IMG/VR virus record: IMGVR_UViG_2524614578_000001 | Span: 1 to 64,000 of that record | DNA length: 64,000 bases | Direction: 5' to 3' (one strand) | Origin: a virus | Lineage: Duplodnaviria; Caudoviricetes | Part shown: positions 10,073 to 19,361 of the stretch, one piece after another | Layout of the letters: each line of letters begins with the position of its first letter | Numbering within the stretch: position 1 is the stretch's first letter | Notes under the pieces: generated by a model | What the model saw: the letters and a program-made list of their open reading frames with translations, nothing else | What the model was told of the DNA's origin: nothing | Database searches by the model: none | Translations under genes and position numbers: made by a program

Positions 10073-10485
10073 TGGACACCCAGCCTGACGTCTGCGACGT
10101 GCCCGCCGGTGACCACGCCGACCAGGTCCGGCTGTACGCCGGCGGGCGGCTCTGTGGCTGGCACGCCCCGTGGGCGGCTGCTGGACGCGCCGCCCCGCAC
10201 ACCGTCCAGGCCGCCGACGCCGCACAGGACTGCACCACATCTTGACCCCGCACACGGGCGGGGTTCGCCCGTCAAGACGGGCCCGCCCGCATGTGTCCGG
10301 TTCCGCCGACACCATGCGCGACACGACGAAGGGAGCAGCACGTGACACTGCATCAGCGCACGTCGTCGCGGCGCGCAAGCGCGCTGTCTCCATCCCACGG
10401 TTTGCCGCCTGCCGCACACAGGCTTCCCGGACACGAGGAAGGCCCCGCACACAGCGGGACCTTGACGAGGGAGCAGATGATGCGA

Positions 10486-10704
10486 TCAGTCGGAGCCGTC
10501 AGCCGGCTTCTTGCGGCGCACGACCACCTTGCGCTTGGGAGCCTCAGTCCCGTTGGCCTTACGCCACGCGGCGACCTCGCGCTTGACGTACATACGCACA
10601 TCGGCGGCCCGAGCAATGCCCTTCTCCTCGCAGAGCTTGCCGTAGTCCGCCCAAGTGTCGTCGTCGATGCGGACGACGCGGCCGGGCTGTCCCTTCGTGG
10701 TCAT
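10486..10704 (-). CDS. Ribbon-helix-helix-like small DNA-binding protein
   Basis: RVVRIDDDTWADYGKLCEEKGIARAADVRMYV; likely ATG at 10704. Confidence 0.65.
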   Translation of the reverse strand: MTTKGQPGRVVRIDDDTWADYGKLCEEKGIARAADVRMYVKREVAAWRKANGTEAPKRKVVVRRKKPADGSD

Positions 10705-10728
10705 GACGCAAGCGTAGCTGACTCTCCT

Positions 10729-10822
10729 GTGACTGGTCACCTGGCCGTCGCCCATGGTCCGGATCCGACTGTTCGCCCTGACTCAAACTGTACCCCTTTT
10801 GACTATCGGGTGACCGGTCACC
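10729..10822. promoter_or_regulatory. Paired palindromes GTGACTGGTCAC (10729) and GGTGACCGGTCACC (10809)
   Basis: Intergenic, between the divergent RHH gene and the replication gene. Confidence 0.6.
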
Positions 10823-10922
10823 TTGAGGTACACTCACAACACGGCAAGGCCAGCGCAGAGCCGCCCTGACAAGGGGGTGCAACGTCATGCCCTGACCAGA
10901 CCCGACCGGAAGAAGCAAAGAC

Positions 10923-12032
10923 ATGGCACGCGGACACGGCCGCATCCTCACCTCCATCTGGGAGGACGAGGACTTCACGAACCTCGGCGAGCCGGAGCAG
11001 CGCATGTACCTGTTCCTCATCTCGCAGCCCAACCTCAACCACGCCGGACTCCTGCCGCTCACCCTGCGGCGCTGGTCCCGCAAAGCCCGCGGACTCACCG
11101 TCGCCGAACTGGAGAAGCGCCTCGCCGCACTCGAAGAGACCCGCTTCATCGTCGTCGACGACGACACCGAGGAACTCCTCATCCGCACCTTCGTGCGCAA
11201 CGACGGCGTATGGCGCATGCCCAAGGTCATGGCCGCCATGGTCTCCGGTGCCGGCGAGATCTCCTCCATGCGGCTGCGCCGCGCACTCCTCGTCGAGTCC
11301 GAGCGCCTCCCGCTCGACGAACTCAGCGATGAACCCTCGAAGTTGCGCGGCGGCGGCGAAGGCCCCTCCGTGCGCGCCCAGATCGAGGAACACCTCACGA
11401 ACCTTCGACGCACCCTTCGCGTACCCGACCCCACACCCCCGAACAACCCCACACGGAAGGACTCCGACACCTTCTCGGAACCCTTCGCTAAGGGTCCCGA
11501 GACCCTTAGCGAACCCTTCGGAAACCCTTCCGGCACCCCTGGCGAACCCACTACGCGCGGGCGCGCGCGCACATCACACGCGCGTACCCCTGCCCCTGCC
11601 CCTGCCCCTATCCCCAGCCCCATAAAGGAGGGGGGTGGTGACCCAAGCGGGCAAGCACCCCCCGACACCAAGCCGGCCCCGCGGTCTGACGACCGCCCCG
11701 CCCCCATCGACGACGACGGCTTCCAACTCACAGACGCCATGCGCCGCTGGGCCACCGACACCTTCGGCAACACCCTCGACGTCGACTACGAGACCGCCCA
11801 GTTCATCGACCACCACCGCGCCGACGGCCGACGCCGCAGCAACTGGCCCGCCGCCTGGCAGAAGTGGATGCGCCAATCCGCCAAGTGGCAGTCCGAGCGC
11901 GCCCAGCGCGGCAACGTCGTCGCACTCCCCGCCGCACAGCGGCCCTCCACCACAGACACCCGCGTCCAGGCCGCGCTCAACCTCGGCCGCCAGATGCAGG
12001 CCGAAGCCGACGCCCGACAGGAGGCACAGTGA
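10923..12032 (+). CDS. Phage replication initiator protein
   Basis: N-terminal IWEDEDF..L...QRMYLFLISQP domain, low-complexity linker with DNA repeats, C-terminal FIDHH...WPAAWQKWMR. Confidence 0.7.
   Translation: MARGHGRILTSIWEDEDFTNLGEPEQRMYLFLISQPNLNHAGLLPLTLRRWSRKARGLTVAELEKRLAALEETRFIVVDDDTEELLIRTFVRNDGVWRMPKVMAAMVSGAGEISSMRLRRALLVESERLPLDELSDEPSKLRGGGEGPSVRAQIEEHLTNLRRTLRVPDPTPPNNPTRKDSDTFSEPFAKGPETLSEPFGNPSGTPGEPTTRGRARTSHARTPAPAPAPIPSPIKEGGGDPSGQAPPDTKPAPRSDDRPAPIDDDGFQLTDAMRRWATDTFGNTLDVDYETAQFIDHHRADGRRRSNWPAAWQKWMRQSAKWQSERAQRGNVVALPAAQRPSTTDTRVQAALNLGRQMQAEADARQEAQ
11478..11548 (+). repeat. Iteron-like ACCCTT repeats and a 13-bp inverted repeat, candidate replication origin
   Basis: GAACCCTTCG twice plus variants about 11 bp apart; TTCGCTAAGGGTC-ccga-GACCCTTAGCGAA at 11484-11513. 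Confidence 0.6.
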
Positions 12033-12745
12033 TCAGCTACGAAGAGGTGTCACACCTCCTCGGCCTCGCCGCAGCCCGAGACCAACGCACCGTCGGCCGC
12101 GCCGACATCGCCGCCTGGCACGCCGACCTCAACGCCGCCAGCGTCTCCATCGACGACGCCACGCAAGCCCTCAACGCCTTCTACCAAGAGATGGCCAGCC
12201 GCCGCCCCGAAGACCGCTTCCGAGCCACACCCGTCGACCTCATCGACATCGCCAAGCGAGCCCGCCGCGAACGCGTCGCGAACCTCCGCTACGACGGCGA
12301 CCCCGACGAGACGCCGCAGCAATACCTCGCGAACCTCCGCGCCCGAACCAAAGCCCTCGCCGACGGCAACATCACCGCCGACACCGGCCTCCGCGCGCTC
12401 GGACCCGGCACCCCCGACCCGCGACTTGCCCGTCAACTTGCAGCCGTCGGCACCGACATCCGCAACATGTCGACCGACGAAGCCACCACCACCCGCCGCC
12501 CCACCCGCGTCGGCCCGCTCACCATCACCTGCCCCACATGCCAAGCCCCGCTCGGCAAGCACTGCCGCAGCAACGGACGCAACCGCACCGTCCCCCACGC
12601 AGCACGAAGACGGGCCGCACGCGACGCAGCCGGACAGCCCCGCGAAGACGACGAGCAGATCGCCGCCCGCAAAGCAGCCTCAGCCGCCGCCCTCGCCCGG
12701 CTCACCCCCGAACAGCGCCAGCAGCTCGACGACATGAACCAGTGA
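12029..12745 (+). CDS. Putative helicase loader-like protein with a C-terminal zinc finger
   Basis: Coupled to the initiator; LLGLAAARDQRTVG N-terminus; CPTCQAPLGKHC...H. Confidence 0.55.
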   Translation: MISYEEVSHLLGLAAARDQRTVGRADIAAWHADLNAASVSIDDATQALNAFYQEMASRRPEDRFRATPVDLIDIAKRARRERVANLRYDGDPDETPQQYLANLRARTKALADGNITADTGLRALGPGTPDPRLARQLAAVGTDIRNMSTDEATTTRRPTRVGPLTITCPTCQAPLGKHCRSNGRNRTVPHAARRRAARDAAGQPREDDEQIAARKAASAAALARLTPEQRQQLDDMNQ

Positions 12746-12771
12746 CCCGTCAACCCGCACAAGGAGGACCG

Positions 12772-13602
12772 ATGACCACCAAGACGGAACCCGCACACGG
12801 CGAACGGCGCTGCTACCTCCGCGGCTGCCGCTGTGACGCCTGCCGCGCCGCGCACAACCGCTACCTCCAGGAGTACAAACTCGACCAGCTCCGCAACAAG
12901 CCCCGCAAAGTCGACGCTGGCCCCGCCACCCAGCATGTCCAGGACCTCATCGCCCGCGGCTGCACCCGAAAAGGCATCGCCGACCACACCACCGCGCACA
13001 ACAGCACCATCGCCGACCTCGCCGAAGGCACCCGCAAGCTCGTCCTGCTCGACACAGAACGCAGCATCCTCGCCTTCCGGCCCGCGCCCGGGCACCCCGC
13101 CTTCGGGCACTGGATCGACGCCACCGGCACCAGGCGCCGCATCCAGGCTCTCGCGTGGTTCCGCTACCCGTACCGCGTCATCGCCGCCGAACTCGGAGTG
13201 TCCACCGCGACCATCGCCCACATTTCATCCGGCAGGACCAGCACCGTCTCCAACGAGCTCGCCTCAGCAACCTCCGCGCTCTACGCACAGTGGATCACCC
13301 GCCCCGGACCGTCGGTCATCACGAGCCGCCGCGCGAAAGCCGCCGGCTTCCACGGCCCCCTCGCCTGGGACGACATCGACGACCCCAACACGGAGCCCGA
13401 GGCCGACACCAGCGGAACGGTCAAGGAAGCCAAGCGCGACCAGACCCTCGCCGACGAAGTCCGGCACCTTGCCGAAGGCGGCACCAGCGAATGGGAAATC
13501 GCCCGCCGCGTCGGCCGCACCGAGGGCTACATCCACGCACAGCTCCACGGCAAACGCGCCCCCGGCTGGCGCAAACGCGAACAGGAACTCGCCGCCGCCT
13601 GA
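12772..13602 (+). CDS. Zinc-finger plus multi-HTH DNA-binding protein
   Basis: HG...Y..GCRCDAC, IAAELGVSTATIAHI, WEIARRVGRT. Confidence 0.65.
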   Translation: MTTKTEPAHGERRCYLRGCRCDACRAAHNRYLQEYKLDQLRNKPRKVDAGPATQHVQDLIARGCTRKGIADHTTAHNSTIADLAEGTRKLVLLDTERSILAFRPAPGHPAFGHWIDATGTRRRIQALAWFRYPYRVIAAELGVSTATIAHISSGRTSTVSNELASATSALYAQWITRPGPSVITSRRAKAAGFHGPLAWDDIDDPNTEPEADTSGTVKEAKRDQTLADEVRHLAEGGTSEWEIARRVGRTEGYIHAQLHGKRAPGWRKREQELAAA

Positions 13603-13659
13603 ACCAGCACCATTTGCGCTGACCACAACTTCGACAACGACAGTCGAAAGGACGAAGAT

Positions 13660-13929
13660 ATGGCCCAGCAGACACTGCCCCGCAACGGCAGGTGCCAACA
13701 CTGCCGACAGAAGCGCCCCCTGTTCCTCCACGACAACTGGGCGTCCTTCCTGGCAGACGACACCGCCTGGCTCTGCACCCGCGACTACAGCGCCCGCGAG
13801 GAAGCCATCGAGAACGAGGCCCACTTCGACATCTGGCGCGACTTCGACCCGTTCCAGGCCGACGACTACTGGGCCGCCCTCCACGCCGCCCTTGCCGCTA
13901 TCGATCTGGGCGAGGAGATCGCGTCGTGA
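13660..13929 (+). CDS. Hypothetical protein (CxxC)
   Basis: ORF with RBS, coupled to the next gene. Confidence 0.55.
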   Translation: MAQQTLPRNGRCQHCRQKRPLFLHDNWASFLADDTAWLCTRDYSAREEAIENEAHFDIWRDFDPFQADDYWAALHAALAAIDLGEEIAS

Positions 13930-14219
13930 GTCTCCGCCGCGGCGCCCCGATGCCCGCCGACCTCCGACCCGCACGGCACCCCGCACTCGCCCACAACTGC
14001 CGCCACTGCGGAGCCACAGCCGGACACGCCTGCCGCTCACAGAGCCGCATACGGACCATGCCCACCCCACACCCCAGCCGCATCACCGCACTCATCATCG
14101 CCACCGCCAACTGCCCCGACTGCCAAGCCGAACCCGGCGCCCCATGCCACGACGGAAGCCGGCCCCGCGGCGACCACCACCAGGCACGCCAGCAAGAAGC
14201 CGAGAGGGCCACCGCATGA
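13926..14219 (+). CDS. Tandem zinc-finger protein
   Basis: CRHCGATAGHAC..H and CPDCQAEPGAPC..H. Confidence 0.65.
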   Translation: MSLRRGAPMPADLRPARHPALAHNCRHCGATAGHACRSQSRIRTMPTPHPSRITALIIATANCPDCQAEPGAPCHDGSRPRGDHHQARQQEAERATA

Positions 14220-15406
14220 ACGCCCCTCGTATCGGCTCCCTGTTCACCGGCACCGGCGCCTTGGATCTGGCGGTGCAGGACGTGTACGGCGGCGACCTCA
14301 TCTGGCACTCGCAGTGGGAGCCGCCGGACAAGGACGGCAAGCCCGACTGGCACCAGTGGGCCGCCCGCATCCTCGAACGGCATTGGCCAACGGTGCCGAA
14401 CCTCGGCGACATCACCCAGATCCAGTGGCCCGAGGTTGAGCCCATCGACATCCTCACGGGCGGCTTCCCCTGTACCGACGTGTCCTCCGCAGGGAAGCGC
14501 GCCGGCCTCGCACCCGACACCCGCTCCGGCCTGTGGACCCACATGGCCCGCGCTGTCTCCGTACTCCGACCCCGACTGGTGGTGATCGAAAATGTCCAAG
14601 GACTCCTCTCCGCGAAAGCCGACCGCGGCCTGGGACCCGACCGAGAGGCTGTGGATGAAGGAGCTCCCGGAGGGGTTCTTCGAGCTCTCGGTGCCGTACT
14701 CGGAGACTTGGCCGTCCTCGGGTTCGATGCGGAATGGGCGCGCGTGGCTGCAGCGGAGGTCGGCGCTCCCCACCGCCGCGAACGAGTCTTCGTCATCGCA
14801 TGGCCCGCTGCTGAAGACACCCACCGCGCAGCTCGCGGTGAACGGCGGCTCGCAGCACCCGGACAAGCGGAAGCAGGGCGGGCACGGTCCGACGCTGGCC
14901 GACGAGGTGGAGCATCTGCTGCCGACACCCGCAGCGAGGGACTGGAAGTCGGGCGAGTCGAACCTGATGGACCGCAACTCGCGGCCGTTGAACGAGGTCG
15001 TGGTGAACCTGCTGCCGACACCGCGAGCGTCGGACGGGAGCAAGGGCGGACCGAATCAGCGCGGGTCGAAGGGCGACCTGATGCTGCCGTCGGCGGTGAC
15101 GCACATGTCGAATACGGCGACTTCGCCCCCGCCATCCGACGCTGGGAACACGTCCTCGGACGACGAGCCCCGCGACCAGTTGACGATCTGGGACGTCTGA
15201 ACCCGCCCTTCGTCGAATGGATGATGGGCCTCCCCGAAGGCTGGGTCGTCGACACCCCCGGCATCACCCGGCCCGCCGCACTCAAGGCGCTCGGCAACGG
15301 CGTCGTCCGCCAACAAGCCGCCGCCGCGCTGCGGCTGCTGTGGGACCGCATGCCGACCGAGGCGCGGCTTCCCGCCACCGCAACATCCACATCAGTAGCC
15401 GCATGA
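14216..15406 (+). CDS. DNA (cytosine-5) methyltransferase
   Basis: Motif I SLFTGTG, IV GGFPC, VI ENV, VIII HRRERVF, LNPPFVEWMMG, X ALGNGVV. Confidence 0.92.
   Translation: MNAPRIGSLFTGTGALDLAVQDVYGGDLIWHSQWEPPDKDGKPDWHQWAARILERHWPTVPNLGDITQIQWPEVEPIDILTGGFPCTDVSSAGKRAGLAPDTRSGLWTHMARAVSVLRPRLVVIENVQGLLSAKADRGLGPDREAVDEGAPGGVLRALGAVLGDLAVLGFDAEWARVAAAEVGAPHRRERVFVIAWPAAEDTHRAARGERRLAAPGQAEAGRARSDAGRRGGASAADTRSEGLEVGRVEPDGPQLAAVERGRGEPAADTASVGREQGRTESARVEGRPDAAVGGDAHVEYGDFAPAIRRWEHVLGRRAPRPVDDLGRLNPPFVEWMMGLPEGWVVDTPGITRPAALKALGNGVVRQQAAAALRLLWDRMPTEARLPATATSTSVAA
14592..15200 (+). CDS. Nested +1-frame ORF inside the methyltransferase, probable second subunit with three LL(P/K)TP repeats
   Basis: 202-aa open frame; GC3 bias switches to this frame over about 14800-15100; SETWPSSGSMRNG and LLPTPAARDWK motifs. 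Confidence 0.7.
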   Translation: MSKDSSPRKPTAAWDPTERLWMKELPEGFFELSVPYSETWPSSGSMRNGRAWLQRRSALPTAANESSSSHGPLLKTPTAQLAVNGGSQHPDKRKQGGHGPTLADEVEHLLPTPAARDWKSGESNLMDRNSRPLNEVVVNLLPTPRASDGSKGGPNQRGSKGDLMLPSAVTHMSNTATSPPPSDAGNTSSDDEPRDQLTIWDV

Positions 15407-15450
15407 ACACAGCCGCACGTAGATCTACGACCGATTGGACGGAAACCACC

Positions 15451-15669
15451 ATGAACGAACAGCTCGAACTCTTCGGCACCACCGATGTCACCGGCAGCGG
15501 CAAGGCCAAGCCGTGGGCGCTCCGTTGGAACGAGACCAGCAGCAGCCAGGACCAGCCGCACCACGACGCCGACGACTGCGGCTGCGACGACGACTTCGGC
15601 CCCTGCGAGGACCACCCCGCCCTTGACGACAACCAGCGCGTCATCGAGCCGAGTGAGGACGCCGCCTAA
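15451..15669 (+). CDS. Small acidic hypothetical protein
   Basis: MNEQLELFG start; TAATG coupling to dnaN. Confidence 0.5.
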   Translation: MNEQLELFGTTDVTGSGKAKPWALRWNETSSSQDQPHHDADDCGCDDDFGPCEDHPALDDNQRVIEPSEDAA

Positions 15670-16799
15670 TGCGAGTCACCGCCCCCCAGAAGGAGTTGGC
15701 TGCCGTGGCCCAGTTGGTGGCCCGGCAACTCCCCAACAACGCGACCATGCCTGCCCTGATGGGTATGCGGCTCGCCGCAGAGCACGGCCGGCTGACGGTT
15801 GCCGGCTTCGACGGTGCCACGTCGATCCGTGCCGCCCTCGAAGCCGATGTGGACGACGACGGTTCGGCGTCCGTGTCGGCCCGGCTGCTGGCCGACGTCC
15901 TCGGCACGTTGGGTAAGAACGACGTGACCGTCGAGGCCGACGGCCGTGAGGTGTCGGTGACGACTGCTGGATCCTCGGCGGCGTTGCCGCTGCTGGACGG
16001 GGAGTCGTGGCCGACGCTGCCGACCGCCCCGGCCGGTACCGGCACGGTGGACGGCGCCGAACTGGCCGCCGCCTACAAGCGGGTCAAGGCCGCGGTGAAC
16101 CCGAAGGCTGCGGGCCGCTTCGAGGGCATGGCCGGTGTGCGGCTGATGGTCGAAGGTGACCGGCTGCGTGTGACCGCCACTGACTCGTACCGGATCTCCG
16201 ATGTGTGGCTGCCGTTCATGGATCTGACGCCGGAGGCGAAGGGTATGGCGGTGGCGCCGGACAAGGTGCTCGCCTCCAACCTGGGCGCGTTCGAGGCGGG
16301 CCCGGTCAGGTTGGCGCTGCCGGCGGACGGCAACGGCACCGTGGGTCTGGTGTCGTCGGCGGCGCAGGTTGTCACGGGCCTGTTCGCCCCGGGCACGTTC
16401 CCGCACCGCGTCGACGAGGTGACGCCGACCGACTTCACCGGCACCGCCCTGTTCGACGCGGGCGACATGGTTGATGCGCTGCGCCGCGTGTCGGTGGTGT
16501 GCGAGGAGGGCTCCCCGATCTGGGTTCGCTTCGACCGCGAGGCCGGCTCGGCCCGTCTGCGGGCGGCGTCGCTGCGGGGCACGACGGAGGCAACGGTCGA
16601 CTGCCGCTACGACGGCGACCAGCCCGAGTTCTCTGCCGCCTGGAACGGCCGCTACCTGACGGACGGCCTGACCCCGCTCGACGGGGAGGTGCGGATGCAG
16701 GTGACGACGGCGCAGAAACCGGCGGTCATCGCCGACCCGGAGGACGACGCCTACCGGTACGTGGTCATCCCGATCCGGGATCCGAAGGGCCCGCAGTAG
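15669..16799 (+). CDS. dnaN: DNA polymerase III beta sliding clamp homologue
   Basis: 376 aa; ATDSYRIS, AWNGRYLTDGL, KPAVI...YRYVVIPIR. Confidence 0.88.
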   Translation: MRVTAPQKELAAVAQLVARQLPNNATMPALMGMRLAAEHGRLTVAGFDGATSIRAALEADVDDDGSASVSARLLADVLGTLGKNDVTVEADGREVSVTTAGSSAALPLLDGESWPTLPTAPAGTGTVDGAELAAAYKRVKAAVNPKAAGRFEGMAGVRLMVEGDRLRVTATDSYRISDVWLPFMDLTPEAKGMAVAPDKVLASNLGAFEAGPVRLALPADGNGTVGLVSSAAQVVTGLFAPGTFPHRVDEVTPTDFTGTALFDAGDMVDALRRVSVVCEEGSPIWVRFDREAGSARLRAASLRGTTEATVDCRYDGDQPEFSAAWNGRYLTDGLTPLDGEVRMQVTTAQKPAVIADPEDDAYRYVVIPIRDPKGPQ

Positions 16800-16850
16800 C
16801 TAGGGCTTTGTGCTGCCCATCGTTTCGCCTGTGACAGAAGAATCGTCAAC

Positions 16851-16876
16851 GCCCGGCCGTCATCCGACGGCCGGGC
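16851..16876 (+). terminator. GC hairpin after dnaN
   Basis: GCCCGGCCGTC-atcc-GACGGCCGGGC. Confidence 0.6.
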
Positions 16877-16895
16877 CTAACCACCGGAGACCCGC

Positions 16896-17297
16896 ATGAA
16901 CGACACCCGCGACGCTGAACTCGCCGAACACTTCCGTGCGCTGCGCGAACGCGCCGCTACCGAAGCCGCTGCACTCCCGCCCGCGAACGTGCAGCCCACC
17001 CGCTACGAAGTCTCATGCGTGCCCGAAGGCATCGACCGGGCGCACTTTTCCATCCACGTCGAATACCGAGGCCGCGACCTGTGGGCCGTCACCCGGCACC
17101 GCGAATGCCTCGCCGCCGACGGCACCTGGAGCTGGGAGTCGATCCCGTCCGAGCGCGAAGACGAGTGGCTCGCACGTCACCGCTTCGACCTGGACACCGC
17201 ACTCGAACTCGCCAAGCAGGTCGCGCCGCTGCTCACCGTCAACGGCTTCACCGTCACCGAAGCCATCGCCATGGAAGCCCGGAGGAATGAGTCATGA
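16896..17297 (+). CDS. Hypothetical phage protein
   Basis: GGAG RBS, coding-like codon use. Confidence 0.7.
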   Translation: MNDTRDAELAEHFRALRERAATEAAALPPANVQPTRYEVSCVPEGIDRAHFSIHVEYRGRDLWAVTRHRECLAADGTWSWESIPSEREDEWLARHRFDLDTALELAKQVAPLLTVNGFTVTEAIAMEARRNES

Positions 17298-17629
17298 CCC
17301 ACGCCGCGGCCGGACGGTCGACCGCGTCCACCATCACCGACGACCAACTCGACCGGCTGCACGCCCGGCTTGCCGCAGTCGGCGACCTGCACAGCCCCAT
17401 AGCGGACCCGGCGTGGGCCGCGTTCTGCTGCACCCACGACGGAGCACACAAGCACCTCTGCGCCACCTGCCGTACGTGCCATCCGTGCCCCACCATGCAG
17501 GCCCTCGACGGCAGCGAGGGGCCCGCCCATGTGGCCGGTGATCCGGATCAGTGCCCCGCCTGCCGCCTGCTCCCGGCCTCGCAGGTGCCCGCCATCCTCT
17601 GCCCCGGACCCGCCAAGGAGCGATCGTGA
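17294..17629 (+). CDS. Cys-rich hypothetical protein
   Basis: CATCRTCHPCPT motif; coupled on both sides. Confidence 0.6.
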   Translation: MTHAAAGRSTASTITDDQLDRLHARLAAVGDLHSPIADPAWAAFCCTHDGAHKHLCATCRTCHPCPTMQALDGSEGPAHVAGDPDQCPACRLLPASQVPAILCPGPAKERS

Positions 17630-18192
17630 CCGTACCGACCCAGCTCGACGCTATGTCCCTCGTCGAGCCAGCGGCCGGGTTCTTCGAGACCGATGTCCAG
17701 GCCGCCAACGCCATCTGCACCGAATGGGACCACTACTTGGGCCCCTGCAATCGCCCGTACGGCATGCAGGCGTGGCGTCTCGACGTCGCCGGCATGCCCA
17801 TCTCGGTGGCGATCAGCGCCTCGACCTTCAGTAGCACCGTCGCCGAACGCACCCGCGGTGAAGTCGTCGAACTCGCGCGGCTGTGCACCCGTCCCGACTA
17901 CAAGTGGGCGACCCGAGTCATGCTGCGCCTGTGGCGCGAGATCGGCGCCCAAGCCTGGCCGTACTGGGACGTGACCGCTGCCGTCGCCTACTCCGGCAAC
18001 AAGAGGCACCCCGGTCACATCTACCGACACGACGGCTGGATCAAGGTCACCGACCGCGCTGGGGCGCCGAGTGGCCCCAACGCGACATGGAGCAAGCACC
18101 GCGACGCTGAGCACGCCGCCAGTGGCCGCAAGACGCTCTGGCTGTGGAACTACGCGGCTGCACAGGCGCCGGGCCAGGAGGTTGCTGCATGA
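17626..18192 (+). CDS. Mom-like GNAT-fold DNA modification protein
   Basis: HYLG, VELARLC, AVAYS...H.GHIYR.DGW pattern of the Mom/XF1762-like family. Confidence 0.65.
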   Translation: MTVPTQLDAMSLVEPAAGFFETDVQAANAICTEWDHYLGPCNRPYGMQAWRLDVAGMPISVAISASTFSSTVAERTRGEVVELARLCTRPDYKWATRVMLRLWREIGAQAWPYWDVTAAVAYSGNKRHPGHIYRHDGWIKVTDRAGAPSGPNATWSKHRDAEHAASGRKTLWLWNYAAAQAPGQEVAA

Positions 18193-18584
18193 CCGCTCGC
18201 CCGTACCGCGCGCTCATCACCGGCTCCCGCGACTGGCCGTCGCCCGGCGTGGTGTGGTCCGCGCTGAACGACTGCCGCGACGAAGCCCTCATCACAGGCC
18301 GGGAGTTGGTCGTCGTACACGGCGCCTGCCCGACCGGAGCCGATGCCCAGGCCCGCGACTGGTGCATCACCGCCACCCAGTTCGCCACCGGAGTCACCGA
18401 GGAGCAGCACCCGGCGAACTGGCAGATCAACGGCAAGCGCGCCGGGTTCATCCGCAACCAGCACATGGTCAACCTCGGCGCCGACGTGTGTCTCGCGTTC
18501 ATCAAGGACGGCAGCCGAGGCGCCTCCCACACCGCCCGTCTTGCCGAACAGGCAGGCATCCCCGTCAGGAAGTGGACCGCATGA
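18189..18584 (+). CDS. SLOG-superfamily protein (DUF2493/YspA-like)
   Basis: [35 protein letters not shown]...SRGASHT. Confidence 0.85.
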   Translation: MTARPYRALITGSRDWPSPGVVWSALNDCRDEALITGRELVVVHGACPTGADAQARDWCITATQFATGVTEEQHPANWQINGKRAGFIRNQHMVNLGADVCLAFIKDGSRGASHTARLAEQAGIPVRKWTA

Positions 18585-19069
18585 ACACCTACTTCGAGTG
18601 CCCGACTCCGTATCGGCCCGCCCCCGGTGACCCGCCTGCGGTGTTCTTGGCGGGCGGCATCGTCGGCTGCCCCGACTGGCAGTCCGTCGCCGCCGACTGC
18701 CTCGCCGGGCAGGCCGTCGTCCTCAACCCGCGCCGGGCGAACTTCCCGATCGACGACCCGTCGGCGACACCCGAGCAGATCCGCTGGGAACACCAGCACC
18801 TGCACATGGACGGCGTGCTGACCCTGTTCTGGTTCCCCGCCTGCGACCGGCAGGTGACGACGCAGCCGATCGCCATGTTCGAACTCGGCGCCGCACTCGG
18901 GGAGCAGCGGCCGATCGTCGTCGGTGCCGACCCCGGCTATCCCCGCGTCGAGGACGTGCGGTGGCAGGCCAGCCTCGCGCAGCCCGGGTTGACGGTTCAC
19001 GACAGCCTCGACGCCACGCTCACCGCTGCTGTTGCTCAACTTGACGCCGTGCAGGAGGTGACGGCGTGA
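18581..19069 (+). CDS. Nucleoside 2-deoxyribosyltransferase-like protein
   Basis: [36 protein letters not shown]. Confidence 0.8.
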   Translation: MNTYFECPTPYRPAPGDPPAVFLAGGIVGCPDWQSVAADCLAGQAVVLNPRRANFPIDDPSATPEQIRWEHQHLHMDGVLTLFWFPACDRQVTTQPIAMFELGAALGEQRPIVVGADPGYPRVEDVRWQASLAQPGLTVHDSLDATLTAAVAQLDAVQEVTA

Positions 19070-19284
19070 CTGCCGTACTGCTCGCCGTGGCGTTCGCTGC
19101 CGGGTACGGCCTCGGCCGCTGGCGGCCCTGGTCACGGCTCGGCGACTGGGTGCACTGGCAACTGCGCCTGCACGTCGATGAGCGCTGGCATACCCGGCCG
19201 CGTCAAGCAGTGCTGTTTGTGCTGCTGCTCGCCACGGCCCCGAAGCACATGGTGCGGTCGATGCGCCGCCGCAACGACCCGTAG
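19066..19284 (+). CDS. Small membrane protein
   Basis: Hydrophobic N-terminus; GTGA coupling. Confidence 0.55.
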   Translation: MTAVLLAVAFAAGYGLGRWRPWSRLGDWVHWQLRLHVDERWHTRPRQAVLFVLLLATAPKHMVRSMRRRNDP

Positions 19285-19299
19285 TACGCACCCGTTGGA

Positions 19300-19330
19300 C
19301 GGTCCCGCCCGCTCGAATCGGGCGGGACCG
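19300..19330 (+). terminator. GC hairpin
   Basis: CGGTCCCGCCCG-N7-CGGGCGGGACCG. Confidence 0.6.
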
Positions 19331-19361
19331 CGCCCCGCAACTACCCACCCCGGAGGAACAC

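Noticed and set aside
12833-14215. N-terminal extension making an 857-aa methyltransferase
   Set aside because: It overlaps three better genes in other frames and is Pro/Thr/Ser shadow sequence; motif I starts just after ATG 14216.
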